Positions 1-13,100 of a DNA stretch of 64,000 nt are shown in pieces (the stretch's first letter is position 1; each line of letters opens with the position of its first letter). A program made the translations under genes and the position numbers. Source of the stretch: Phoronis australis (Eukaryota > Animalia > Phoronida). The stretch lies in contig NMRA01000145.1 of the NCBI GenBank assembly GCA_002633005.1, positions 337,898-401,897 on the forward strand, read 5' to 3'. The notes below the pieces were generated by a model that saw nothing but the letters and a program-made list of their open reading frames with translations, ran no database searches and was not told the origin of the DNA.

Positions 1-1180
1 GCTCTATTAAAGTTCATTATTTTCCTTGTTCATGTAATTCCTTTCAGACAGGGTATTCACCTGAATGTTCATAGATGCAGTATTGTCTTTAAGAACCATT
101 ACCATCACTAAGTATTACATCTCTACAGATCAATAAACTTTCATTATTTTTTCATCAAGCATGTACTAACTTTACCAATAATTGTGCATAGTTATGCAAA
201 TGTGGAACTTTAAGGATAAGAGTCGCACTCCAGTTGTTGTAAGGGATTGTGCATAATTATCAACTTTTTCAATAGAGAACGAGATGGTTAACGGCTGGCG
301 TACGCTTTTNTTAACCAATTTTTACGTCAAAGTATAAACTATTTTTGATGGAGATTGTGTACATATATTGATATGATGTAAATTGTACAGAAATTAAACT
401 TAGGAATCTCATTATTTTCTCTGGGAATGCCCTAGCTTGCTTTTTGTAACGTTCGGTCAGTGTTGCCATTCCAAGACAGTTGCATTGTTGACAAAATTCG
501 TTGATGCCGATAGTCACTAATAGGTAGATGTTCAAGTTAGCTGTTACTCGTGATAATACAATTCTAATGTTTTGGCCCAGTTAAAAAGTTTAATTGAACC
601 CAAATGGCCAACGTTTTTTATTTACCACAAAATGTATGTTCTTGGTATTATTTTCCTCCAGGAAATTCAGATTCTTTGTAAACACCTTGTTAAAATGCAT
701 TTTCTGTAGCTCAGCATATTAAATATCCTGTAACTCGTTTGTACTGCATGTAATTGATTCTGTTGTCTCTGATTTGCCAATATAGGGCAGGTCGCTGGGT
801 ATACATGTGAGTGACCTCTTATTGCAAGCCCTGCCCTAAGAAAGGTGATGTCACTGTCTTTGTTTACACCTGCTCTATTAAAGTTCATTATTTTCCTTGT
901 TCATGTAATTCCTTTCAGACAGGGTATTCACCTGAATGTTCATAGATGCAGTATTGTCTTTGAGTACCGTTACCATCACTAAGTATAACATCTCTACAGA
1001 TCAATAAACTTTCATTATTTTTTCATCAAGCATCTACTAACTTTACCAATGATTGTGCATAGTTATGTAAATGTGGAACTTTAATGATAAGAGTCGCACT
1101 CCAGTTGTTGTAAGGGATTGTGCATAATTATCAACTTTTTCAATAGAGAACGAGAGGGTTAACGGCTGGCGTACGCTTTT
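1..1180. repeat. Near-identical duplication 1-309 / 872-1180 next to N at 310 (probable allelic overlap)
   Basis: Same sequence with scattered substitutions; the first copy ends exactly at the N. Confidence 0.75.
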
Positions 1181-1278
1181 AAAATTTTCTGAAAATGTCT
1201 GTGGAAATCTCAAATCACACGTTTTGTTAACTTTTGAAAACGTTAATAATTATGAGTGATCCCAAACGAACTCAAAAG

Positions 1279-1425
1279 TTTTACAATGGTGGACGTCGTA
1301 CTTGGCACCTCAACACAAGTGGCCCATTTTACAGTTGTGGACGTCGTACTTGGCACCTCAACACAAGTGGCCCATTTTACAGTTGTGGAAGTCATACTTG
1401 GCACCTCAATACAAGTGGCCCATTT
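1279..1425. repeat. 48-bp minisatellite x3
   Basis: Unit ttttacagttgtggacgtcgtacttggcacctcaacacaagtggccca. Confidence 0.9.
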
Positions 1426-1899
1426 CAGTATTTCTGGTGTCATAGTTAATACTGTAAGAGTAATGAATTGTTTAAAGTACTAGTTGAATGTTCATAAATT
1501 AGCATGTGAGGCGATTAAAATAAGGTTATGTATGACCTGTTTGCCAAGTCTGTGTATTTGGGCAAATGCCTGTTTAAAAATTGCAGGTACACTTAACAGA
1601 TGTGTCTGTAGGCCGCTTGTGTGGGCCCACTGAACTGATTTGAAACTATTTTATGCTTTATTGATATACACTTAAAAACGAGCTGAGGAAATGGAGGCCT
1701 GACTCAAGGGTCTAACAGTGTGCCCCAGTAGGACTCATACCCATGACCTTGAGAAAAAGACATTTATCCCACTAGGTGGCACTGCCTCCTCTTGCCAACT
1801 CTACAAAACTGTAGATTTTATCTCAGTAAGTGGTAACGATAACATGGCTAAATTTCATTTGAGTTAAACATGAAATCACAAAAATTGTTACTTTTCTAA

Positions 1900-2110
1900 A
1901 TTAGGATTTCCTTTGTTTCATGCAATTCTTGAATTTTTTTCATTTTTGACTAGTTGTGCAAAAGTGGAACATATTAAAAACAATTACCAGCAGCATTTTG
2001 GAATATAGTGCATTAAGTATGGTATCTGAAAATTCCGTGTGAATCCGATCAGCCATTTCCGAGCTGTGATGTTCTGAATTTAGCCAAATTTGAACATTTT
2101 TCCATGGTCT
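1900..2110 (+). repeat. Dispersed repeat family member (inverted relatives at ~11940-12080 and ~24700-24830)
   Basis: Shared aaagtggaaca..gaatccgatcagccatttccgagct..ttagccaaatttg motifs. Confidence 0.5.
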
Positions 2111-5100
2111 TACATAACCTTAAGGAAATGGGTCAGCGGTGTCTCACTTGTACGTCTCCATAACGTTTGTATTTCAACTGAGCAGCTTGTAGCTAGGGCA
2201 CGTTACTTTGGATCTTTGGTTTATGTAATAAACTGTTAGTTTTAAAACTTAAAACATTGGTTTGTTTTCTTGTTTGCTTCGTCATGGTAGAAATATTCAG
2301 TGATTATACCCGTCATCAGCTAGTATTGTACTGAACTCTGTTTCAAGAAAGTTGTATTCTAGCAAACTGCTATGTTCAACTATGATGGCGAGTTCATGCT
2401 GATAATCTAAATTAAAGGCTGCTTAGACAAAGTTATCACAAGATGGCACTGCGTATATGCACAGCTGAAGTGCAGTACAGCAAACATTGTTGCCAAGTGG
2501 TTCAAATATAACATTCCATACCACAAGTCCTAGGCCAACTGTTCACAATTTCATTTGCTTACTATGGACATTTGTTATCCAAGAACATCTTAGAAAGGCC
2601 CAAGAGGGTTCAATTTGACCATTCCTTTTTGAAGTTGTAATACGTAATTGTTTATTTTCAGACAAATGAAATAAATCACTTATGCGTAGTTTAGTAGAAT
2701 GGTAGGATTTTGAATAAAAGGTCATCAAATAAGAACACAACACCACGATAAATGTATAAAAGCGTCAAAGCTCCACTGATAGTGAAATCCACCTGCTCGC
2801 TAGGAAGTTAATTTGTGACTTTAACTTTGATCAAAGACCCAACCAATACTCCCCAAAAAATTGACGTTGGCGTGGAACACGTTTTAATTCAATTTGCAAA
2901 TTACTTCATATTCGTTACGAGGCATAAAATTGACAACCCCTGAATTTCAAAATTGAGTTCTGTCTTCAGCAACCACGATTTGCCAATTCTCGTGCTCAGA
3001 AATTTAGGTAGCTGTACACACAGAGACCAGTTTCAGAATTGACCATCGAGTGATGGCATAAATGACCAATCAGAACACAGCATTCTTGTCACACCTTCGT
3101 TTCCAAGCCGCCATTTTACCTGACAAACAACACGTTGCTGGGTAAAACTTATTGTTTGTTGACATTACGCAAGGGGACGGAGCTTGTGATAGGTCAATGG
3201 TAAGTCTAACTGGAAATTGAAAATCACTGGTGCTGAGTGCATTAGGACAAATTTCATAAGAGCAACAATAAGTTCATCAGTTGCGATACACTCTATGCTA
3301 TACAATTAATTTATTGTATCACATTGTATAATATGATATTACATTCAATAGTTACATAAATAATGAGAAACATTTTGTTTGACTGCTCAAAATTGTTTTC
3401 TGGTGCTTACATTTCGCAAATCTAGCTTCAAACCCGTTGCCCGCAAGCTGCAAAACAAAACTGACCATTTGGCTAAACAATTAAAATAAATTCTATTGCA
3501 CACGTATGGCAACAGGTTATTCATTTCACATTGAATAAAGAACTTAAAACTACAAAAATAGAACTAAGTAGAAAATTGGGTCTACCATCAATTCCCATCT
3601 TACCATGAACACCTGGCATGGGTCTAATTGCTTACCTCGAAATCGAGCTTAAATAATTATTTTCAACATTTTCGTGGGAACTCAACATCAGTGTCTATTC
3701 TTCTGTGTCCGAGTACATTATGGTTCAAGTGGGTGAGTATCTTGCACTTGATGACCCATAGATTTGAGGTACAAACTCGAGTAAAAATTGAAATTAGGAC
3801 TCGAGTCCAGTCTCAAAATTATAGCTTAATACTCAAATCATCAAGGGTGAACTTGGATTCAACAATTATACACGTAGATCTTAATGTAGTTGTGCACACA
3901 ATAACAGACTTATTTTGAGTTAGCAAAAATGTCAAAAATAATTAAAAATACTTAAGTTCGATATTGACTACAAACGTTAGATTTCGGGCCCTGATTCAAA
4001 TTACCCGTTTCAGTTAAGTCAATAGAAATTATGACACACACATTTAATAAATGCAACAAAATGAAAAGAAGTGCGCCGGCAAATTTCCTCAATTAACATA
4101 ACATTTTGAATAACAATACCATTCCGCCATTAACAAAACAAAGAAATCAAACAAAACAAAATAAAGTCGATTCAAGTCAATATCACAAATCATCAGTGAA
4201 AAATAGTTTTAATAAATTAAACAAGAAATAAATTAAATCATGTAATTACGATATAGTATTCTTTCTGGCAAGACAAAAAGCAGTTTCGAGGGCTATGAAA
4301 TCTTAATATTCCAAGATAGTCTTCTCTGACTGAAAATAATGAAACTGTTTAAAAAATTCGAAGGCGACTGTTTTTATGTTTTGACCATCATTCCAAATGA
4401 CACTGACTGTGTGCCATAACTTTTAAATTTAAAAATACTTTTATCACAGTGCATCCCGTTTAACTGCAGTTGCACGCAAAGAACAGACAGAACTATTCAG
4501 ACCTGATAACAACCGGAACACTGCACCTTTAAAACACACTAACCTACGAAGAAAACGAACCAAAACCAAGAAAACACAACATGCCTCGTAAAAATGGCTG
4601 ATAATGAAAGTGTCCGAGATAAATAAATGCTTGCAAAAGATACCACAACATTAAGCTTGATTGGGATAGATTTCAAGGTGTGACATCCTTAGCAACGTAT
4701 CAGAGGTCATGTTTAAAGAACCTTAGTCAGAATTTGGACAAAGGAAAAACAAACAAAAGCTTATCCTGGTTAGAGTAACTGCAGAAAAATCGAATTACGA
4801 AGTACATCTTTGAAAAGAATCTTCCTTCAATCTCACTAGCGTTCTTGAAATATAAGTAGCTAACCTTCTACAGGCCTAGGAATTCACCAATAATCACTTA
4901 CTTGTGATGCAATCCAACTTACCTGTCCTACTACAGAGACTAGTAATTTGTGTCTGACACCCTACATGTGTCCGACACACGTCATGTGTGTGACACATTA
5001 CATGTTCAAGCCAGATTTCCTTTTAACATGCACTCAGCTGTTTGAAAATATGTTCCCATTTCAATCCCACTCACGATGACTAGGTTACAAAAATCTTGAA

Positions 5101-6198
5101 AGTTATCCACTGGATAACATTATCCACCAGATAACATTGATGTTAGCATGGCACCCCTAGAAGTCATGTCTACATTACAAGTTACCTTAGAACAAGATGC
5201 ACCAGAGCATCTTCGCCATGTTCAGACCAGCGTCCACAAAGCATTTTACATCGTGCTACAAATTCGTCAAAAATGATTATACACTCATATGTGTGTAACT
5301 GAGCAAGCGCACAGCTGGTAATTACTTCCACATTATCTGCATTCAGACTACAACTTCCGTGGGGCAAGAAACCTTTGAACAAGTTACCCTGCCCCAAAAA
5401 GTTGGGGCAAGTTGTCACACGTGTATCAAGTAGCCCCAATTCAAAAACTGGTTCACATTACTTGTTATTAATGGCAAGTCATTCCAGGAGTAACTTGGTG
5501 CAAGGCAACACGTAATGTAGACGGCACTATAGTTCAACAAAGCAATGAGCCAGTGTCGAAGCCATGGATGTTATGTACTGTGAAAGATGAACAAAATAGT
5601 CAGCCCTCACCATTTACAGAGATAAAATGGTGGCCTGACGCCTTTTGCGGTACACCAGGCGTGTTTAGAACACAAGGCCACCGGGCCCATTACATTAATC
5701 ACCTGATTATGACTCATGGGGACACGGCATGCACATGAATGGTAAATGGTGACACTTGTGTATGTACATCTGGCGAAAGAAATTTAAAAAGTTCTTAAAT
5801 AAGGCAAGTTTTAACATTTTTGAATTTTTACTATGTTTAAGATGAAACTCACAGGTGGTATACCCGGCATGTTAGACTGCTTAAACTATGTCTCATTTTA
5901 TGCAGTGTTCAGATGTGTAATTCTTATGATAACATAAACAGGACGTCTGAATAAAATGCAGATCAGCTGCTTAAAACGTGCATTCCCTAAAATTTCATCT
6001 GACTTAAGAATAATTAGCATAACACTGTGTAAAACAGGTTAATATTCTAGTAACTTTTTCATGATCACCATAGGTGAATAGAGTCTTAGCCTAAGTTATT
6101 AAGTCATTGAAATGTAGCCTTCTCCCAGTAGAAAAGGTGTATCTATTGTCTCACTTGGAGGAGTGTGGTAGGCAGATCAAACGTCTGACGGTATACGT

Positions 6199-6465
6199 CG
6201 AAAAATTGTCAAACAGCAAATCAGACGTACGACATGCTGTTCATGGCAAATTGAAAAATTGTCAACTGGCGGATTAGTCCTCTTGACAGGCATTCATATT
6301 TTGATAAATTGTTTACTGGGGTTTTCATATTTGAAAAATTGTCAATCGGCAGCTCAGATGTCCTGTGAGGATGTTCACTTTTGAAACATTACCAATCGGC
6401 AAATTAGACGTCATCACAGGGTGTTCACATTTGAAAAGTATTCAGATGGCAGATAAGACATCTCA
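6199..6465. repeat. Degenerate ~50-bp tandem repeat (5-6 units), probably within the SLC12A8 3' UTR
   Basis: Recurrent ttgaaaaattgtcaatcggc..agacgtc. Confidence 0.6.
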
Positions 6466-6912
6466 TCTGTCTTCTGATCGGACGGCATGTGAACTCTGTA
6501 CTAGTTTAGTAAAACTTGTACTTTTAGAAATTACAAATGTGCACATAGTCTTGACTCAAATATTAAACCATGATTATACATTATCCAGGCTACTCAGTAA
6601 ATCACTTCTAACCCTGTTTCTTGACTCACTAACAGTTTTTAGCAGATCCATAACTACACGCACTGATGACACTTCCAGTTTCACAATTTTGCTTTAATTA
6701 CTAACACCTACAGTGTTCTAACAACAAAAATTACCACGGGTGAAAGCAACAAAATGAAAGACTGCCGAAATGCAAACAGAATCCTAGAACAAAATAGTTT
6801 GTATGCTGACATGAGTTAGCTTTTTTCACAATCTTGTTTCTCAACAACCAGTAATTCTTTAGATCCTCGTCATGAAGGATCTTCTCCTATCAATTCATTA
6901 ATCAGAAACAGC

Positions 6913-7130
6913 TCAATCTTCATCAGCATAGTCATCAAAGTTGTCTCCCTTGACAACCTCTGACTGATGGTAGCGCCCCCGCTGTTTGAAATCCTCATTG
7001 TCTTCAGTGAGCTGGGCAGCCATTGTGCTCATGGCCGGAGTGTTGGGAGTGATGACGATCTCCTCCTGAGGTGCCGGACCCCGCCTACAGCAATCACGAA
7101 TCCACGTCAGCATGCTAAAGTCGGCAATGC
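6913..7130 (-). CDS. SLC12A8: SLC12A8 terminal coding exon 13
   Basis: ttttcag|(G)[12 protein letters not shown]...[18 protein letters not shown]...DED*. Confidence 0.88.
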
Positions 7131-10100
7131 CTGAAAACAAGCAAAACAAAATGTACTGAGGACAGATTGGCTCTCAGATTAATGAGAAGCTGAAATTCAT
7201 GAGATGCTATAGTGAAACTATTGACCATGTGCTCAAATACAAACAGGTAACGATATGTTATCCATATTCACTGAATGCTTCAATGAAAGTAAAGACCCTA
7301 CTTTCTGCTCAATAAATATGGACTTTAGACTTATTACCTATGTTTTACTGGTCCTAAAATTGTTGTCCACTGATCTATGCTCTAATTCTCATGAATGAGG
7401 GCGAGGGTGACTATGCGCATCACGTATCAGATGGTATGTATTCTGCGGTGTCTACAAGATTTTTCTGTGTACGGCAAGCTGAGTTCCGAATACCACAATC
7501 GGCAAAGACATTCATGGTAAAAAATAAAACATCACAATTTTGATTGTAAAAGCATCTGAGCCCTAGACCACCAAAACTTTACTCAAGACTCGACTCGAAC
7601 ACTGCCCAATTGTATGCCATGCTTTTGAGGAAATTTTTTCCAATTTGACATGATGCAATTGCAGTACTTCAAATAGAGTCTTAAGTAAAGCTTGGTGGTC
7701 TCGTACTAAAATATTTTCGAATAAATTAGACGGACAACCCGAAACAGGTTACCCAAGGGATGTCAACTAGTAGTCATGTAGATCAAAAGATTTGAATGTT
7801 TTAGCAACTTGGCCAACAATACAATGTAAGTACGAGTTGTAAGGAAAAAGCAAAAAAAAAGATAAGAATCTTAAATGCCAAATGCTTTATTTTACATGCT
7901 TAATCATCTTTTAAAGTTAATATGTTCTCTGCTTGAATCAGCGACTTGACAGTGTGTACAGGCTTCACTACCCAGTGACTGTTGATGCCCATTTTGCTGG
8001 GGAAGGTCGCGTCCCATGGTGGAATGTCCTCTCCCTGACCGACTCGCTCCCACTTCTTCCAATTCTCCTCTACTGTTTCGGCCATCTTGCATACCAGTGG
8101 TATTACTTTCCCCAGCGTTGTGTAAAGAGGTATGCAGACAAACTTCATGAAACCAGTCTGCTGGTCGGCCATCTTGGCCTTGTTCTCGCGGTCCATCATT
8201 GGTATGGGTACATTGCCGCGCTCGCGCTCCACGTCGCCCTGAATATAGAACTCATCGTAGATTGATTTGACGTTCTTCACCTGTTGCACCCACGGCTTGG
8301 ATGCATTGCACAGGTCCGACGCTGTCATCATTACAGCCGTGGTAACGTCCCGGTGTTCTGGCATATTAAAGTTGAAGATATTGTCTCTAAGAATTTGTTC
8401 CATGACGGGCTTATTGTTGCCAAAGAACAATCCCAGGTCGGTGGAGATGATAGCGTGACGGATCATTTCCAACATCTCCTTATATTTATCTTCGGGCAGC
8501 AATTCAAAGATGCTGTTGCTTTCTTGCTGCAAGATCAACACCGTCGTCTGAAAGTGGTGCTGCTCCATGATGGACGTGCTATAAAGTGCCGCCATCGGAA
8601 GGTCCAGCACCTCAAAGAACTTGTTGTTATAGCCGCGGTGATCCAAGTCGTGACAAATGCAGGCGATAAGCAGTGCCATTGCTTCCGACTCCCCTAACTG
8701 ACTATGAATCACTTGGTCTTTCAGGATCAGATACATGGTGTGCGTCACATAGAACGCATGCTCCCAGTTGTGGTAGGGAACGGCTCGGTAGTTGCGGCGC
8801 ACTGTCTCCGTGAAGTTCAGCAGCTTGTTCTCATTGAATACCTCACCGAACAGATTCTTTACCATGTAGACAAAGAGTTGTGACAGCTTGTCCATCATGT
8901 TCTCCGGCACGACAAACAGGTGGCTCTCAAAGTCATCCGGAATGGTGTCCAGTGCCAAGTTGAATGCCAAATCGCTGATCATGCCGCTGTCCTGGATCAT
9001 AGCCTGGCACTGTAGCTGTTCGATGGCAATGTCTGCGCAGTTTTCCTTCAGCTCCATTTCCGCATACAGCTTAGAGTAGTTCAGCGCCAGTGAGAAATAC
9101 TTCTGATAAGCTTCCAGCATGTCAATGTCAGCAGCGTCAAACACACCATTACCATTCTTGTTGACCAAAAGGAAAAGTCCAATGAAAGCACCCTGGCATA
9201 GGATAGGCATACAGACAAGATTCTTTGCTTTGACTTCACACAGATTTTCGATGTCTTCACAGCAGCAGGCAAATATCTGGTCACCAGTGTTCTTAATCAC
9301 AACACTTTTATCCTTCATAACTACACCAGACAAACAAGTGTCGTTGACTTGGTATCTTATGGGTTTGTTTGGTTTGTAGTAGGTAGGAGCACCTGAATCA
9401 AACTTCCCCTTATCAACAAGCTCCACAATAAGCTCTCTCTTTGCCTTATCTAGCACCTGAACAATGCACCGCTCGGCACCGACCAGGTCTTTGGCATGAG
9501 TCATGATCTTTCCCACCAGACCTATGTACTGGGTGACGTCGCCAAACATGTCCATTGTGACTTCTAGTAGGAACTGGTAAAGGTTCCTCTTGCGCTTGTC
9601 ATTCTCCGATTTTATCACTTGTTGAATCCCGACAGTCATCAACACATTGAAGGCATTGGCAGTCTGAAAATGCTGCTCTGTAAATGGCGGCCGGTCACAG
9701 TTTCTCTTGACTTCAATGGCACCCAAAAATTCTCTTTTTCCACTGAATATGGGCAGGCAAATTAAAGAAAGGCAGTTGAGGTCATCAAATCTTCGGTCAG
9801 AAATGACGTCTTCCACTAGCACGCTTTCATGATATTTGGCTACGAACTTTGCCACGCAGCTTATTTCTTGCGCTCCACCAGAGCATGGATGCACAACGCC
9901 ATCTCGCAGTGAAAATACCTTGCTCTTGATTGTTGATTCTCCCATATTCGCCACATAAATGTCGAGACAATCTGCCTGGACCGCATTGTGAATAACCTTT
10001 CCAAGTTCTCTGTAAAGCTTACTTATGTTCCACTTCTCGCTATTGTTGGCCAGTGAGGCTTCCTTTTTTGCTTCTTTCACGAAATATTCTACTAATCCTT

Positions 10101-13100
10101 TGGTTGTTGCCTGGGGTCCTTCAGTGTACACGGGAACCTGTGGTTTAGCATTGGTTGCCTTTTCCAACTTGCGTTTCCTCGCAATTATTTTCACTAAATC
10201 TTCCCTAGACACGTGTTTAATGACGAGACTTTTCAGCAGCTCTCTGTCAGTCAGCAGATAGGCTTTCACCTGCTCTATGTCAAGACCATGACTGGAATGA
10301 GAGTCGTCTGCTTTCCCAGATGTTGAAATTGAACTTGCAGAGGTTTTTGAATGAGGAAGCGTACTAGGTGAATGATCATCACGAATGCATCGTGTTTCCC
10401 AAACATTGGCCGAGTAGTGCCCAGGAAATGGGGATCGTCGTCGGCGAGAAACCTGCCACTGAGGATCAGACATGGTTGCAAAAATACCCAAACAAATAAA
10501 AATCCACACAAAGACTAAAAAATTCAACTTTGAAAAATAACTCAACTGCAACAATGAAAACTAAATTGCATGCAACTGATACATCATTTTTGACGTCTGT
10601 GATAAATTTCTATCAAATATACAGCATGTGAAAGCATGGATCATAGACAAGATTCACAACTGTGATATTTTCCTATGAAGTTCCAAGAAGAGGCGCCACT
10701 TTCTTCCAATGCTCATCTCAGCTTCCGTTTAGTGAGCAGATGACATACTTGGCGGATGCTAAACATGTCATCACACTAGGTGCCGCTAGCAAATAGTGAT
10801 GCCACGGTCAATAGTGAATTTATAGACCTGTTGGTTGCGACTTGTACGCAACATCACCGATCTTGTCCATTGAGAGTATACAGAGATGGTGATCCATGTT
10901 CTATTAGATCCTATGGTTAAACTGAATAGTAATACTCCTAACCATCTTCAAAACATTAGCAAGTAATTTACTAGCAAAGCATTTTCAGTAGGTAATACGA
11001 CATTAATCATGTGAATTGAAAAGACAAAATATTAAAACCAAAATTGTCTGGTAATTAAAAATTCCAGAGAATTTCATCCCAGAATAAGCATGTAATCACC
11101 AAGAACTATAAAATGCCAACAGTCATTTTCAAGAAGTTGGCAAATTTCATTAAAACTGATTTTGTCTCACAGTAGCTAAATCAAAAGTATCGTGAAATCT
11201 CAGAAGGAAATCAGAGGAAAAATAATCGCAATATTTCATTTGACAATTAAGCAAAGTATACCATTTCAGAGATTGTAAAAAAGAACAGACTTTGTTCAGT
11301 ATATTTTTTTGAAAATCACCATTGATATAAACAAAAAAGAAAGAAACTCACCTGGAAAAACTCCAGGATTGACTTTGCCAATATAGAAATAAACAACCAA
11401 GGCCAGGAGAGCCGTGATGAGGGCATATATCCACTGAATAGCAAACATTATAACAAGACAACCTATTGCCTACAATGTAAAAGATGAAAATAGCAATCAT
11501 TGTCATGGCAATTTCGGACAAAGGTAATCTTTTTCATTTTCCAATCACTCAAACAATGTTGCAAACGTCCACAGTGTTCAAGTACTATCAATGGGTAAAT
11601 ATGGCGTATAGAATGCCATCAGTGGGAGTCACGGTATATTTCGTGAAAAAACACGAATAATAAAATTCCATTTTTCTACCATACTGCACCCTAAATTGGC
11701 AAGATTCTACTGTGAAGGTTACCGGGAGTGTACGCAATACCTACCCTCAAGCTCAAAATTAATAAAAACTGCACAATTCATATTAAAATGAAAAACATGC
11801 TCCTGATGACTGAGGTCTTTTTGCACACAGAAATAATAAATGCAAGATTATTGGCGTGTATCATTTTAATAGAATTCAGAATAATTTTAAGTTGTTTCTA
11901 AACATGATTCTCGTTAAGGTTATATATGCGACAATAGAAAAATGACAAAAATTGGCTAACTCAGAAATGGCTGATTGTATTCAACTTTCAGTTGCCATTC
12001 TTAATGAACTATTCTTCAAAATGCTGTTAAGAATTGTTTTAAAAAGTCTCACTTTTCCATGAGGGGCTATAAAAAATTGGACTTTCAATCATGAGAGAAA
12101 AGTTTATAAAAAAAACGAAATGATGATTTAGAAAGCCGTAACAGGGTTGTGAGATTTCATCTTGACCATTTATATCACACAAAATTTGGTCATGTTATTG
12201 ATACCACTGTGCTGCTATAAATGTAACTATCGTTTTTAGTAAATTTTACAAAAACACATGCATTGGTCATGTGACCTGATTCACGGCAGACTGGTAAAAA
12301 GTCAAAAATCAAATTCTCCAGTCCTTGTATTTTCAGAAAATATACTTTTACTGAGTCAAAATTTAAGTATTTTGCCAAACACACAGACTTGTCCATAGGT
12401 CTCATATAAACTTAACTGCAGAGATATTTTCCAAAAATATTTTTGTTGAAAAATGAATGCCAATTCCATCAACAGGCAGTGGGGCCTAGTGACAGAGTTG
12501 CCCCCTACCAATCTTAAGATCATTGCGTGTTCAGATCCCACTAAACATAACACTGCTAGACACTTAAATAAGGTCTGACTCAGTTGTTACATAGTTCACT
12601 TAACTGTAAAATAACGTGTGTTGTTATGTTCTAACAAGTGTAATCGTTAAATTTGTAGCAAAGTGTAGCCAGCATTACAAATTACACAATTATCCACAGA
12701 AAAACACAATGAAACACTTGTAAAACAATGATCCAAAGCATGGATATCCACTACAATTGAATAACTATTAGACAAGTGACCAGCTACATGTGATTAAAAC
12801 AAGACCTCTTTGGCCATTATAGGCAGAAGCTATTGACAATACAGCCAAGCGTTCATGTTGTTACTGGCAGAAATTTTTCTTCTTCAGCCCACAAACAACT
12901 TAGCCATAAAAACCAGTATGGAGTGCGTCAGGTACATGCTATACACATTTATGTTTTTTGTTTTTAAGATTTACAACTGGAAATGTATTCTTAGTGCTGA
13001 ATGACAATTAGCAGAAAAATCAAGTGTTTTCACAAACTGAGCATCAGTCATAAGTTTGTAGGTTGTTAATGCCTTTATAAATTATTTTTATGGACTGTCT

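Noticed and set aside
1234-1483. Repetitive ORFs or CRISPR-like array
   Set aside because: A 48-bp tandem repeat without unique spacers, in eukaryotic DNA.
1676-1750. tRNA gene or tRNA-derived SINE head on the - strand
   Set aside because: Only a degenerate B-box-like arm (GGTATGAGTCC) and no cloverleaf; at most an old SINE remnant.
7904-10511. Overlapping or antisense ORFs across the PDE gene
   Set aside because: Shadows of a long coding sequence; no recognisable products.
10474-10554. Hydrophobic N-terminal extension of the 884-aa ORF as a signal peptide or TM anchor
   Set aside because: The track's start is a TTG, the region is a T-rich tract, and the first ATG in good context is 10473. 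It is only relevant under the fusion hypothesis.
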